This document shows, piece after piece, positions 1 through 16,060 of a stretch of DNA of 64,000 bases (its first letter is position 1; each line of letters begins with the position of its first letter). Source of the DNA: the human T2T-CHM13v2.0 reference genome, Homo sapiens. Made by a program: the position numbers and the translations under genes. Location of the stretch: NCBI RefSeq assembly GCF_009914755.1, contig NC_060940.1; one strand, written 5' to 3'. The notes beneath the pieces were generated by a model. It was given only the letters and a program-made list of their open reading frames with translations. It did no database searches and was not told the DNA's origin.

Positions 1-589
1 GAGGCTCGGCTGAATTCATAGTGTGTGACAGGCACTCAGTTGTTGGGAACCACCACTTTCAGGATGTTTGCTGTTGTTGCTAACTAGTGGAGTCCAGCCT
101 ATGTAGTCTTCCTTAGGGGTTTGGACTGGAGGGGAGTAGGGTCCATTCTCAGGTTTTCAGAAGAGGGATGACGTGATTGGATTTGCATCTTTGAGCATGC
201 AGTGGAGGTCCTGTTTGCAATGATGGTGTTGGTAAAGTGACAGGGAAAGCCAATTATGTGTGAAGAGCTTAGAAATGGTGCTTCTCCCTCACACCTTGAG
301 AGAGCAGGCCTTCAGGCCCTGGGTGGGGACTGTCAGTGTCACCGCTCAGTCTCCTGCTGAGAAGGGTGACGTTTTATCTCAAGAAGAACTCCCAGCTCTG
401 GCAATTTCCTCACGGGGTTCTGGTTAGCAGGAACTTGCTGGTTACTGTGGGGTCTGCAGGGGCAGGTGCACATGAGAGGAGCACCGGCACCGGGTTTTGG
501 AATAGTTGGCAAATGGTGTGTGACTTTTGGACAGGTGTTACAATCCCTGTGCAGACCTGGGTAAAATACCTAGGTCCTACTGTCTAAAG

Positions 590-823
590 CAGCGTGTGGT
601 TCTCAACCAGGGTGATTTTTGCCTCCCCCTCCCTACTCCAGGGTAGGGGGCATTTGGCAAAGTCTGGAGACGTGTTGATTTTCTCACCTGGGATACAGGG
701 TGCTACTGGCATCTAGTGTGTAGAGGCCAGAGAGGCTGTTAAATGTTCTATAGTGCACAGGACAGTCCGCACCACAGAGAGTGATCCAGCAAACGTGTCA
801 GTGGTGCAGGGGTTGAGAAACTG
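590..823. mobile_element. MER20 (hAT-Charlie DNA transposon)
   Basis: GGTTCTCAACCAGGGTGATTTTTGCC...GGCATTTGGCAAAGTCTGGAGAC...TGCTACTGGCATCTAGTG...GGTTGAGAAACTG; near-8-bp TSD gtctaaag/ctctagag. Confidence 0.85.
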
Positions 824-1234
824 CTCTAGAGTCATGTGTTTGCTTTGCTCACAGCAATAAAATGTCACTGGGTAAAATAGGGTTTTGCTCTGAACCCTGT
901 TTGGATGGAACTTTCTCATTTGTTCAGCACATGTTTGCCATCATATTGAGTGCTAAACTCTGCAGAGAGAGGGAGGAGGAGGATGGAGTCCCAGCTTGCA
1001 AGAGGGGGAGACAGACTCAAACTTGCCCTTGCAAGATTGTGTGCTTAGTACCATAGCAGGAGTTTTCACTGGATGTGGTGTGAGGAGGGAAGGTTTTTGT
1101 CCATTTGGATGTGGGGGAGGTGGTGAGGAATGGGGAGGGCTCATTGTGGAGGAGCTGCTTGGGTGGAGTTTAGAGAGATTTGCTAGATGGTTAGCAGGGA
1201 TGGCTGCCCTGATCCTGTGGGATTAATGGGTGTC

Positions 1235-1950
<716 letters not shown>

Positions 1951-2012
1951 GCTCCCATATGAGCATGTCGACTCTGAATCCCAATTTATGATGCAAATCC
2001 CTGCTCTGCCAC

Positions 2013-2714
2013 TGTATTAGTCCATTCTTATGGTGCTAATAAAGACATACTCCAGCCTGGGCACAGTGGCTCACACCTGTAATCCCAGGACTTTGGGAGG
2101 CCAAGGCAAATGGACCACCTGGGGTCAGGAGTTCGAGACCAGCCTAGCCAACATGGCGAAGCCCCATCTCTACTAAAAATATTAAAATTGGCTGGGTGTA
2201 GTGGCACATGCCTGTAGTCCCAGCTACTTGGGAGGCTGAGGCACAGAATTGCTTGAATGTGCAAGGCGGAGGCTGCAGTGAGCCGAGATCACTCCACTGC
2301 ACTCCAGCCTGGGTGACAGAGCAAGGCTCTGTCTCAAAAAAAAAAAAAAAAAAAGACAAAACAAAACAAAAACAAGCAAACAAAACCCAAGACTGAGTAA
2401 TTTATAAAGGAAAGAGGTTTAATTGACTCACACACAATATGGCTGGGGAGGCCTCAGGAAACTTACAATCATGGTGGAAGGAGAAGCCTTCTTCACATGG
2501 TGGCAGCAAGGAGAAGGAGAGCTGAGTGAAGGGGGAAGCCTCTTGTAAAACTATCAGCCCTCATGAGAATTTACTCACTATCACGAGAACAGCATGGAGG
2601 TAACCGGCCCTATGATTCAATTACCTCCCACTGGGTCCCTCCTATGACACATGAGGATTATGGGAACGACAATTTAAGATGAGATTTGGGTGGGGAGAGA
2701 GCCAGACCATATCA
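2013..2714 (-). mobile_element. THE1 (C/D-like) solo LTR, inserted in a MIR and containing an Alu
   Basis: TGTATTAGTCCATT...AAAGACATAC / AAAGAGGTTTAATTGACTCAC...GAGATTTGGGTGGGG...CCATATCA; 5-bp TSD GCCAC at 2008-2012 and 2715-2719. Confidence 0.9.
2054..2385 (+). mobile_element. AluS inside the THE1 LTR
   Basis: Sense Alu dimer with A/AAAAC tail. Confidence 0.95.
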
Positions 2715-2835
2715 GCCACTTACTAGAAGTGTGACTGGAAGCTAATTCTTTTGTTATATTTCTGTGCCTCAGTTTCCATATCTGTCAAGTGAGATAATAG
2801 TAGTTTCTATCTTATTGGGTGAGAATTAAATGGAT
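2715..2835 (+). mobile_element. MIR (3' part; 5' part at about 1975-2012)
   Basis: CAAATCCCTGCTCTGCCAC|TTACTAG...TCTGTGCCTCAGTTTCC...GAGAATTAAATG. Confidence 0.75.
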
Positions 2836-3519
2836 TTTATTTTATGTTCTTTTTAAGATGTGGGAAATATTGCATAATCGAAACTTAATACAATAAGACC
2901 AGAAAGAAAAAAGGCCCCCTGGTGAGGACCCCCAAGGCCTGGCCTCTGGCAGAGAAGACTGAGTCTGAAGCACAACACCTCACTTCCTGGCCTCCAGGTT
3001 CCCTATTGCTTTCCAGGGGTGTTGGATAAGATGGTGCTGGGATTCCTTCCATCCCCAGCCTTCTGCATAGAGTTAAGGAGCTGGTTGTCTCTGAATGTCG
3101 GGAGGGAGCTTGTGGTACTGTTGGGCATGTTGGTTTTCTTTCCTTTCTGAGGGACCTAGTTGAGCAGTCTTCAGGTGGGAAGGGGTCTGCTCTGGGGCCT
3201 TTCTGAGTTGAGCCTTAGGTGTCCTCTTGCATCTTGTCCATTTGAAAGGCTTGGATTTTGTCTCAGGAGCCGATGTGGTGCCACCTGTTTGTGGGTCTGG
3301 AATTTTAGGGTCGGCTGTGGTGATGGGCCCTTTTGAGGGCCTGGATGCGTCCATCTCAACTGTGTAGGCTTTTTATCCTGACATTTTCACTTTTGCTTAG
3401 GCATATCTTCTCTGTCTGCTTATTTGTGGCAAGTGGTGGCTGCCCATGAGTGACGGATTCTCAAACATATGAGCTGTCTGTTTCCTTGGTATTAGGTTCT
3501 TGGGGTTCCCACTTAATAA

Positions 3520-3770
3520 TGATAATAGTGATACCGTTGATGAGAGCCTCTTCTAATGAATGCTCACTGTGTCCTAGTCTCTGTGAAGGCACATCAAAGA
3601 TAACTCCTTAATCCCCGCAGTGGTCCAGTGAAGGGGGAGCTATCCCTGCTTTATTCATAAAGAGATTGAGTCTTGGGGAGATGAGATGACATGCCCAAGT
3701 TAAGGAAAGGGCAGAGCTACAATTTGAACTTGTTCTTCCCAGTCTCAGTCTCAAGTCTTCTTCCTGCTCT
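3520..3770 (-). mobile_element. MIR
   Basis: Degenerate antisense MIR core. Confidence 0.55.
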
Positions 3771-4374
3771 GTGTTGTTTTCTTCTCCTAAATGATCTCAA
3801 AGACGTATCAGATCTGTGTGTCATAAACACCCTGCCTGAGACCAAAGAATGGCAGCTTCATTTAGAGTTTCTTTGTGACAGCAGGACAGAAACACATGAA
3901 TTCCTTACGTGTGCAGAGGACTTGCTCTGCCAGGTGCTGGAGGTACCAAGAGAAAGGAGACTCAGTGCTCATCCTAGAGGCGCCGGATTTGTGGGGAGAT
4001 GCTAGGAAAAGACCACAAACACAGCCTGGAAAAGGGCTGTTGGGGACAAGGGTGCCGAAGTGAGAGTTTACTGTATTTTGGCTCATCCTGAAATCCACTC
4101 TTGGACTTCTTTTCATGGAAAAAATGAATATTTTTGAAAGTTATTATTTTATCAAAATGTTTTTGAAATAAATGTGAAATTACTATTAATAATAATAATA
4201 AATGAATTATTTTCTCGCTGGCATCTCCTAAGAAGAAATCCATTGTCTGAGGGCGGTCCCCAAGCCCCTGCAATGAAGCGTCTCATCAGAAATAAGACGC
4301 AACCAATGCCTGAAGTGTCCATAAATGTATTTGCCTTTCAGTTACTGGTATGCGGTGATGGTATAAAGAAGGGC

Positions 4375-4575
4375 TGTCAAATCCTGGTCCTGCACTTGGT
4401 AGGGGTGTGACCTTGGGTCTCTCATGTCACCTCTTTGGGCCTCCATTTCCTTATCTATAAAATGAGAATAGTTGAAGAACACACCCCATAAGACTCTTGT
4501 GATAAGTAAATGACGTGATATATGTAAAATCCTTCAATAGTATCTGGCACAGAGGATGTGCTTAAGTATTTTTTG
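4375..4575 (+). mobile_element. MIR
   Basis: TGTGACCTTGGG...CCTCCATTTCCTTATCTATAAAATGAGAATA...TGGCACAG. Confidence 0.75.
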
Positions 4576-4884
4576 CTCTTGCTGTCGTTGATGTCATCAT
4601 TATCATCATCCAGCATAAAGGCAAGATGGCATTGTAGAAAGGATGGGAAAAATACTACATTTTCCATTTATATGAGGATTTTCCTTCCTGCACCCGATGG
4701 ATTGTCCTGCTCCCCCTGGAGTATGTGTCCTCCACTTTGGAGCATGCCAGTGTGAAAAGTAGAGTTGACATTTTTATTCTTGATGGTGCTATAGCCCTTC
4801 TCTTATGCTGAATAGCTGAGGAATTGCTTGTCTTGTTTTCAAGAGTTGTCTTCTATCCTGGATGACAACCTTAGAATGTTCTTA

Positions 4885-5260
4885 GAATTTGTTCCTTTGT
4901 TGATTTAGCAAATACTCAAAGAGGACCTGATGTGTGTTGGGCAATGTGCTTGTCACTGGGGATAAAGTAGTGAACAGGACCCTGAAGATCTCTAGAGGAT
5001 CTTACAATCTTGTAGGAAAAGCAGAAAAAGTCAGACTAACACATTCAATCATGTTGGATCGTGATAGACGCTAGGAAGGAAAGGAACAGGGTACTGTAAT
5101 AAGGAGTCATTAGTCAGGAGCACTAGCCTAGCTGGGGAAGGCCTCAGGGTGGCCTCTCTGTAGAGGTGATGTTTGAGCTGAGACTTGAAGGGTGAGAAGG
5201 AGGGAGCCATGGGAAGCTCTGTGGGGAGAGCATTCTGGCATAGGGCATAGCAACAAGGCT
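4885..5260 (-). mobile_element. L2 3' fragment
   Basis: TTGATTTAGCAAATACT...CTGGGGATAAAGTAGTGAACAGGAC...GAGGTGATGTTTGAGCTGAGACTTGAAGG. Confidence 0.7.
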
Positions 5261-5264
5261 TTCC

Positions 5265-5820
<556 letters not shown>

Positions 5821-6362
5821 CCAGGCTTTTCTGTAACCCCTAATTTTGGAGGGTACAGAGGCAGCTCTAGGTGCCCCAGTGAAGGCTGATAAGCAGGTTG
5901 ATGGTAAGGGTTTGGGAGTCTTGTAGGAATCCAGGAGAATGAACAGTCTCATCGCTGGGCTGCATGGAAAGGGAAGTGGTGAGCCACTGGCACTGAGGAC
6001 TTTCCTGTCTGTAACTAGAGCTGCTGATGGTGATGTCTCTTAGACAGCCTCATCTGCCCTCTTGGGTTTCTCTCACAGATGTGGCCCTCCCCTCCCCAGC
6101 ACAGACTGTCTCCAAACCTTGGCTTTTTCTGTTGCTGCCACATCAGTGACAGCTTTGGTTTTGCAACCTCCCAAGGATGGACCCCTGAGAGAGAGGCCTC
6201 CTATGGGCCATGCCTTTTAAAGCCAGCACACATGAGCAGGCTGCTTTGGAGATCAGTATCCTTTGGCACGGCCAGCCTTTCCTGGGCATAGGGGTGGATT
6301 GGAGGTGGTCTCCTGTAAGAGGACATCGTCTGGCTCCCGGGCTGTGGGCAGTGGTGGGTGCC

Positions 6363-6759
6363 TGTTACGGATTGAATTGTCCTTACCAATTTCATATGTC
6401 AAGGTCCTAATCCCCATACTCAGAATGTGATCTTATTTGGAAAGAGGGTCTTTGCAGATGTAATTAGTTGAGATGAAATCATAATGGAATAGAGTGGGCC
6501 CTAATCCAATATGACTGGTTTCCTTATGAGAAGAGGAGAGAGAGACACAGGGAGAGAAGGCCATGTGAAGACAGATACAGAAATCTGAGTCATGCATCTG
6601 CAAGCTAAGGAACACCAGGGGTGCTCCCTCAGGAGGAACCAGCCTCGCCAACACTTTGATTTTGGACTTCTGGTCTCCAGAACTGTGAGACAAACTTCTG
6701 TTGTTTCGGCCATCCAATTTTTGGTATTTCATGAGTGGCAGGCCTAACACACAAATACA
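6363..6759 (+). mobile_element. MLT1B/C solo LTR
   Basis: TGTTACGGATTGAATTGT...TATTTGGAAAGAGGGTCTTTGCAGATGTAATT...CCAGAACTGTGAGA...AAATACA. Confidence 0.85.
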
Positions 6760-7599
6760 CTCTCATGTAACAGGGGCCTGAGGGCAACGGGGTGAGTACA
6801 GGGATTGACCTACCCATTCAGCCACTGATACTATGGATGGGTTGTGGTTTGTCATAACGGAATTTAAGAGGCGTTGCTTTCTTCCACGTGTCATGTTATT
6901 TTCTAGCTGCGTTGGTTCTGGCCTGGGCCCTGAGGGTGTAAGAGGGAATACAGTGTAGTGGGTAAACGAGGGAGGCAGCATTTGTCCCTCAAAATAGCAC
7001 CAAGTTCTGGGAATGCAGGTATATTTGGAGTTCCTGACAAGTCAGTGCAGGTCCAACGTCTTAGGGATTGTGCTGAGTTGGGGGAGGGATCTAGTTAAAG
7101 ATGTCCCTTGGTGAATCATTTTTGAAAAAAAAAAATTATCTCCACTACCTGTCCCCTAGTCTGTCTTAGATATAAATGCGGGTTTTTGTATATCAGGCTC
7201 GCAAAATTATGTGTCTTGATTTGTCTTGGGAGAGATTTAGGTGCTGTGCAGTTTGGGGTTGAAATCAGAAATCCTGGGGTTGACTTTTCCTGCTTTCATG
7301 CAAGGCCCGATCTTGGGGCCAGGCCTTCGGTAGTCCTGACCCACAGACTAAGAGTGCTGGGAGGCCAGGGACCCTGTCTGTTCTGTTCATAAGGGGGACT
7401 TCCCAGCACCTGGCCCATATCTGGCCTGTGGCTGGTGCTCCTCAGATACCTGGTTAACAGATGAATCAGGAAAAGGCCCTGGCTGCCCCTTTCAGCCTCG
7501 GACTTCCGGTTTCTTCCTAACCATGGCAGCAGTATCTGGGGTTGAGATAGGGCACCTCTGTGACAACTTCCTCTTTAACCATACACCATGGTTCCACTC

Positions 7600-8085
<486 letters not shown>

Positions 8086-9276
8086 CAGGGTGCCTCCCAG
8101 CCATGCTGCCTTATGTCTCCTCAGGCAGCAGGTGCCTGCATTTGTGTTTGCGTGGGGGACATGGGACAGGCTGAGACATAGCTCGCATGTGTAGGGGGTG
8201 TCCTCCTCCTGCTCTTCTGTAGCACACAGCTAGGGGTCCTCTGGGGTTAAGTGCTCTTGGACCTGAGCCTGGATATAAAAGCAGCCCAGTGCTTCTGGGA
8301 GGCTGGGGAGGCCTGGGCTTGGAGAAGGAGCGTCGACAGGGTGAAGGTGAAGTTCTGGAAATAGAAACAGTGATGATACCACATCACAGCCTGGGGGCCA
8401 CTCCACTGTCACAGGGCTGTTGGGAAGAAGCTGTAAGGTGCTGCTTTCATCTATACAAGTTGTGCTGGTGGCCAGGGGTAGGCGTGAGTTTTGGGAGGTG
8501 AAGTATCTGTGTGTGTGAAGGATTCTGTTTTGAGAAAGAAGGAAATGGGAACTTACTAATTTGTAGAATGGAAACTAGCAAAATTAGGCAAGGCATGGTG
8601 AGAGCATGTGCAGCAGGAAGAGGAGACCCCGCAGAGCTCAGAAGAGGTGGAGGAGGGGCTGGCCTCCCCGGCCTCAGGACTTCAGGGATCCCACTGCGTC
8701 TTCTCTGCTCCTGCTTCGGCTGGATTTCACCGGCCAGGTGTCTCTCTCCCCAGCACTACCAGCCACTCCAGGATGTCCCTGGCCTGCCACCAGCCTCCAC
8801 CAGTGGGAAAAGCCCCTACACCAGGTAGTAGCATGACTGAAGGAGGGCCCGTGTCCCTGGGGAGGCAAGAAGGGCCCAAGCCCAGCGTGGCGCAGAGTGA
8901 ACGTTACGCCAGTTTCCTGTTTAGACAGCTCTGAGCTGCTTCCCTCTGGCCTTGCATATTTCTCCTAATTAAAACAACTGCTTTTTCCCCCTCATTATAG
9001 AAGTACTATGTGTTCATTGGTAGACACATTTTAACCTACTTCTGGGTGAGAAAAACAACCCCTTAGCCCCCGCCACCCCCCTACCCAGAGAGATGGTGTT
9101 AACACCTGGTGTACCACCTTCCAAATCTTTTTGTCCAACAAAACTTTATTCACAAGACATTTTCACAACATGCGACCCTTTTGTAATGTACTTTAGTAAT
9201 CTGCCTTTTTCATTTTGTACTACATTGTGACCATGTTAGTATTATTAACTAATTTATTTTAGTTAATGAATTAATT

Positions 9277-9431
9277 AATTTTTTGAGGCAGGGTCTTGCT
9301 CTGTCACCCAGGTTGGTGTGCAGTGGTGTGACCATAGGTCACTGTAGCCTTGAACTCCTGGCCTCAAGAGAGCCTCCCATCTTGGCCTCCCAAAGTGCTG
9401 GGATTACAGGTGCAAGCCACTGAGCCTGGCC
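9277..9431 (-). mobile_element. FLAM/Alu monomer
   Basis: Single Alu arm directly adjacent to the next Alu. Confidence 0.85.
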
Positions 9432-9440
9432 TGTTATTAA

Positions 9441-9733
<293 letters not shown>

Positions 9734-9794
9734 TGTTATTAACTATTTTAAATGTCGATGTTGGTTTAAAAAATAATATGACAGACCCCACATA

Positions 9795-10025
9795 CTCAAG
9801 AGCAAGGGATCCAGGGTCTGACTGCCTGGGTTCAAATCTTGGCTATGCCACTTATCCCATTTGTGGCCATGGACAAGTTACTTAACTTTTCATTGCACTC
9901 ATCTGTAAAATAGGATAATAATGGTACCTATTACACTGGACTCTCATGAGGATTAGGGGAGTTAATTATGTATCATACTTTGGGTATCATAGTACCTGGC
10001 AAATATCCCAAGCACTCTATAAGAG
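9795..10025 (+). mobile_element. MIR
   Basis: GACTGCCTGGGTTCAAATC...CAAGTTACTTAAC...CTCATCTGTAAAATAGGATAATAAT. Confidence 0.85.
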
Positions 10026-10045
10026 CTACTATTGCTATTATTATT

Positions 10046-10497
10046 GTTTAAATTTACTTTTATTGTAAGTTCTGGGATACATGTGCAGAATGTGTGGGAT
10101 ACATAGGTAAGCGTTTGCCATCGTGGCTTGCTGCACCTATCAGCTCATCACCTAGATATTAAGCCCTGCATGTATTAGCTATTTATTCTGATGCTCTCCT
10201 CCATCCTTACCCTGCTCCCCAACAGGCCCTGGTGTGTGTTGTTCTCCTCCCTGTGTCCATGTGTTCTCATTGATCAGCTCCCACTTATGATTGAGAACAT
10301 GCAGTGTTTGGTTTTCTGTTCCCGTGTTAGTTTGCTGAGGATGATGGCTTCCAGCTTCATCTATGTCCCTGCGAAGGACACGATCTCGTTCCGTTTTATG
10401 GCTGCATAGTATTCCATGGTGTATATGTACCATATTTTCTTTATCCAGTCTATTGTTGATGGGCATTTGGGTTGATTCCCTATCTTCGCTATTGTGA
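10046..10497 (-). mobile_element. L1PA 3' end (5'-truncated)
   Basis: AAGTTCTGGGATACATGTGCAG...GAGAACATGCAGTGTTTGG...TTTATCCAGTCTA; 19-bp TSD tactattgctattattatt at 10027 and 10498. Confidence 0.93.
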
Positions 10498-10548
10498 TAC
10501 TATTGCTATTATTATTATTATTATTATTATTGTTATTTCCAACCCTCT

Positions 10549-11020
10549 ATGATAGGCAGAATAAACGCTCTCTGCTCCCAAGATGCCCTTGTCTTAATCC
10601 CTGGAGCCTGTGAATATATTACTCTATACGGCAAAATGCTCCTTGCAGATTGAACAGATCTTGAGATGGGGAGATGATCCTGGATTATCTGGGTGGATAT
10701 GATGAAATCACAAAGGTCCTTGCAGGAGGGAGGCAGGAGGGTCAGAGTCAGAGTGAGACTGGAAGATGGCACCAGCTGGCTCTGAAGATGGAGGAAGGGG
10801 CCATGAATCAAGGAATGCAGGTGGCTTGTGCAAGCTGGAAAAGGCAAAGGAACTCATTCTCCCCTAGAGGGTCTGGAGAAAGCTTGTCCCAGTGATGCCT
10901 TGATTTTAGCCCCATGAGACTCATGACTTTTGCTCGTCTCCAGAGCTGCAAGATAATCAATTTGAGTAAAGCTATTATGCATGTGGGAATTCAGTAGCGT
11001 AGCGATTGAGAATAAATAAC
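10549..11020 (+). mobile_element. MLT1D-like solo LTR
   Basis: TGATAGGCAGAATAA...GATCTTGAGATGGGGAGATGATCCTGGATTATC...AAGCTGGAAAAGGCAAAGGAAC. Confidence 0.85.
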
Positions 11021-11453
11021 CCCCAACCCCGCAACCAACTTAGATGAGTTGTGATGTTTGCTTTGGATCTTTTTTGTTTTTAAGAAATAAAATATAGTTA
11101 AGTTCTCATAAGTACCCTTCCCTCCCTAGAGAAATCAGTATCATGATTTAATAATTATAATTCCCATTTCAAAAATTTTCATCCATGATTAACATATAAT
11201 ATGTTTTGCAGGTCTTTACATAAAAGACACTGCGTGGTGTGTATCCCTCAAGCAACTTGCATGTTTTTGCTTGACCTTGTGAAGATTTTCCATGTTGATG
11301 TAGCTTTATTTTAACATCCATGAGCAATTTCACTCAACAGTACAGCACGATAGATTGATCTGTCCTGTCAATGCTGGACATTTAGGTTGTTTCCAATCAT
11401 GATACTCCCGATTCCAGCAAACACGTCTTCGCTATTGTTTGAAATTACTATAG

Positions 11454-11894
<441 letters not shown>

Positions 11895-11926
11895 TGAAAA
11901 AACTAGAAGTTAGCTCCTTCAGGTGA

Positions 11927-12257
<331 letters not shown>

Positions 12258-12346
12258 TCAGGTGGGTACAGTCTTATTCATGTCTGTACTTCCAGCTTTT
12301 GCTACCAAGTGTTCCCAGTAGATGCTTAGTAGATATGTGATATTGA

Positions 12347-12729
<383 letters not shown>

Positions 12730-12799
12730 TAATGTACCCCTTAATGTATACTGTTAAGTGGTTTTTAGTATATTCAGAGTTGTACCAACATTATCATAA

Positions 12800-13181
<382 letters not shown>

Positions 13182-13344
13182 GCATCTCACTTCTTTAGCC
13201 TAACATAAGGTTCGTTCATATTGTAGCATATTATCAACACTTCATTCCTTTTTAAGACTAATATTCCATTGCATGGATAGACCATATTTTGTTTATCCAT
13301 TCATCACTTGATGGACATTTAGGTAGTTCTCTCTTTTTGGTTAC

Positions 13345-13540
13345 TGTTTTCATTTCCTTTGTTCTTTCTTTCCTTTCTTTCTTTTCTTTCTTTCCTTTCT
13401 TTCCTTCCTTTCCTTTCCTTTCCTTTCCTTTCTTTTCTTTTCTCCTTTTCTTTTCTTTTCTTTTCCTTTCTTTTCTTCTTCCCTCCGTCCCTCCCTCCCT
13501 CCCTCCCTTCCTTCCTTTCTTTTCTTTCTTTCTTTACTCT
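13345..13540. repeat. Polypyrimidine simple repeat (TTTC/TTTCC/CCCT), an expanded Alu tail
   Basis: About 190 nt almost entirely C/T on the + strand. Confidence 0.95.
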
Positions 13541-13817
13541 CTACAGTCTCACTGTGTCGGTCAGGCCGGAGGGCAGTGGTGCGATTTTGGTTCACTGCAT
13601 CCTCTACCTCCTGGATTCAAGTGATTCTCGTGCGTCAGCCTCCTGAGTGGCTGGGATTACAGGCGTGTACCACCACACCTGGCTAAGTTTTGTATTTTTA
13701 ATACAGACAGGGTTTCACTATGTTGGCCAAGCTAGTCTTGAACTCCTGGCCTCAAGTGATCCACCTGCCTTGCCTCCCAGAGTGCTGGGATTACAGGTAT
13801 GAGCCACCGTGCCTGGA
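13541..13817 (-). mobile_element. AluS
   Basis: Antisense dimer; TSD ctctttttggtta at 13331 and about 13818 encloses tail plus Alu. Confidence 0.92.
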
Positions 13818-14944
13818 CTCTTTTTGGTTATTGTGAATAATACTGCGGTGGACATTCATGTACAAGTTTTTGTGTGAACACATGTTTCCATTTCTCTTGG
13901 CTCTTTGCCTAAGAGTGGAATTCTAGGTTATCTGTAACTGTTTAATCACTTAAGGAATTGCCAAGACTGTTTGCCAAAGCAGTTGCACCATTTACTTTCC
14001 CACCAGCAATGTATGAGGGCTCCAACTTCCCCATGTCCTCGCCAACACATGTTAGTATCTGTCTTTTTGGTTATCACCATCCTAGTGGAGGTGAAGTGTT
14101 ATGTCATTGTGGTTCTGATTTGCATTTTCCTGATTGCTCATTGCTCTATCTTAAATAGTTGATGTAATAATTTCCTTCTAAACATTGGCTTTCTGTAGAC
14201 AGTGTCCTATTTTCAACTTTTCTGGGCCCCAGCATTGTCTTCTGGCATGGGGTTGGTGCTGACTAGGGCGTAAATGAATGAGGCAACTCTGGATATGTTA
14301 GCTTGCAGCACATGGGCATGGACACTGATTGGCAAGGATGTGCTTCTTGGCTTGAGTCAAGAATCATACATTTTAACCATCACTTCTGCTTTTTTTGTGG
14401 CACAAAAGGACCATTTTTTGAAGTTAGTAACCTGTCTTAGTTCCCTCAGTAGATGTTTGTCCAAATGTTGCGGTGAAGCATAGCACAGACTTTTCATCAT
14501 TTCAAGGTTTAACGCCTCAGCCCAGGGAGTGTATATTTGGTGACCGTTTTCCCAGAGCCCTGGAAATGCTTCTTCCTAACTGTCCACTTTGAGCTCCTCT
14601 GCCTCCTCTTTGGCAATCAGTTACCTCCTAAGAGGAACCTGGAGAAATGTCATTGGGAAGTGCTGCTGGCACCAGGATGAGAGAGTGTTCTTGAAAGCTT
14701 GGGAGCAGTATTGAGCATCTGCCATGTGTCAGTATTGTGCTGGGCACTACAAGCTCACATGTATCCATGTGATCATGTGTATGGGTATTTATTTGTAGTG
14801 TCTAGTCATTACAATCTGTCTGTGAGTTTTGCCTGGTTTACTCCTAAGTACAGTGAGCTTCAGTGATTTGCCCAAGGTTACCAAAGTTTTCAGAGGAACA
14901 ACATCAGACACTTTTCCCCAATCACCATGTGCCAGAAAACCTTT

Positions 14945-15455
14945 AGGTTAAGAGGTTAACAAGACAAGCCACAGATAGGGGAAAATATTTATGAAACAAG
15001 AGCTGATAAAGGACCCGTATCCAAAATAGACAACTCTTAAAACTCAACAATAAAAGGCCAGGCACGGTAGCTCATGCCTGTAATCCCAGCACTTTGGGAG
15101 GCCAAGGTGGATGGATCACAAGGTCAGGAGATCGAGACCATCCTGACTAACACGGTGAAACTCTGTCTCTACTAAAAATATAAAAAATTAGCCGGGTGTG
15201 GTGGCGGGTGCCTATAGTCCCAGCTACTCAGGAGGCTGAGGCAGGAGAATGGCGTTAACCCAGGAGGTGGAGCTTGCAGTGAGCAGAGATTGCACCACTG
15301 CACTTCAGCCTGGGTAACAGAGCGAGACTCCATCTCAGAAAAAAAAAAAAAAAAAACAAAACGCAAGAAAACAACAAAAAAAACCAAAAACAAAAGCTCA
15401 ACAATAAGAAAACAACCCAATTAAAAAGTGGGCGAAAGATCTGAACAGATGCCTC
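14945..15455 (+). mobile_element. L1M ORF2 3' fragment split by an AluY
   Basis: AAGACAAGCCACAGA...CTGATAAAGGAC...AAACTCAACAATAA|GAAAACAACCCAATTAAAAAGTGGGC. Confidence 0.75.
15056..15395 (+). mobile_element. AluY
   Basis: GAGATCGAGACCATCCTG, GAGAATGGCG, GGAGCTTGCAGTG; TSD ctcaacaataa. Confidence 0.95.
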
Positions 15456-15537
15456 ACACCCCCTTCCCCCACCCCACTCACAATGCTTTGCCATCCATGT
15501 CTCCATCCTGCAGTAGCCAAAGCTGGCTGCTTCTGGA

Positions 15538-16060
15538 CCACTGCTGTGCAATGGAAATACAGTGTGAGTCACCAATACCAGCCATGAGAGTAGTGTTTTG
15601 TTTTGTTTTGTTTTTTTTTTTGTTTTTTTTTTTTTTGCTGTTATTGTTGTTTTGTTTTTTAAATAGAGATGGGATTTTGTTCTGGGTGAAGTGAATCAAA
15701 CTCCTGGGCTCAAGTGATCCTCCCAGCTCAGCCTCCTGAGTAGCTGGGATTACAGGTGTGAGCCACTGTACGCAGTCATGTGTGTAGTTTAAAGTTTTCT
15801 AGTTGCCACATTCATAAAGGTAAAAAGAGGTGAAACTAACTTTATTAATAAATTTTATTTAACTCAGTATATCCAAAGCATTATTATTTCAACATGTATG
15901 CAATATAATTATTAACGAGATATTTGATTCTGGTTTTTGGTCTGTGTCTTCAAAATCCAGTGTGTGTTTTATACCTATAACACATCTTGATTCAGACAGA
16001 TTCAATTCTGAGTGTTCAAAAGCCACATGTGGCTAGTGGCTACCGTATTGGATAGCACAG
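15538..16060. mobile_element. MER33-like hAT-Charlie element, interrupted by an Alu monomer (about 15596-15776)
   Basis: TTTTCTAGTTGCCACATT...TTTTATTTAACTCAGTATATCCAAA...AGCCACATGTGGCTAGTGGCTACCGTATTGGATAGCACAG. Confidence 0.8.
15596..15776 (-). mobile_element. Alu monomer/FLAM with a GTTTT tail
   Basis: TAGAGATGGG...AACTCCTGGGCTCAAGTGATCCTCCC...GTGAGCCACTG. Confidence 0.8.
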
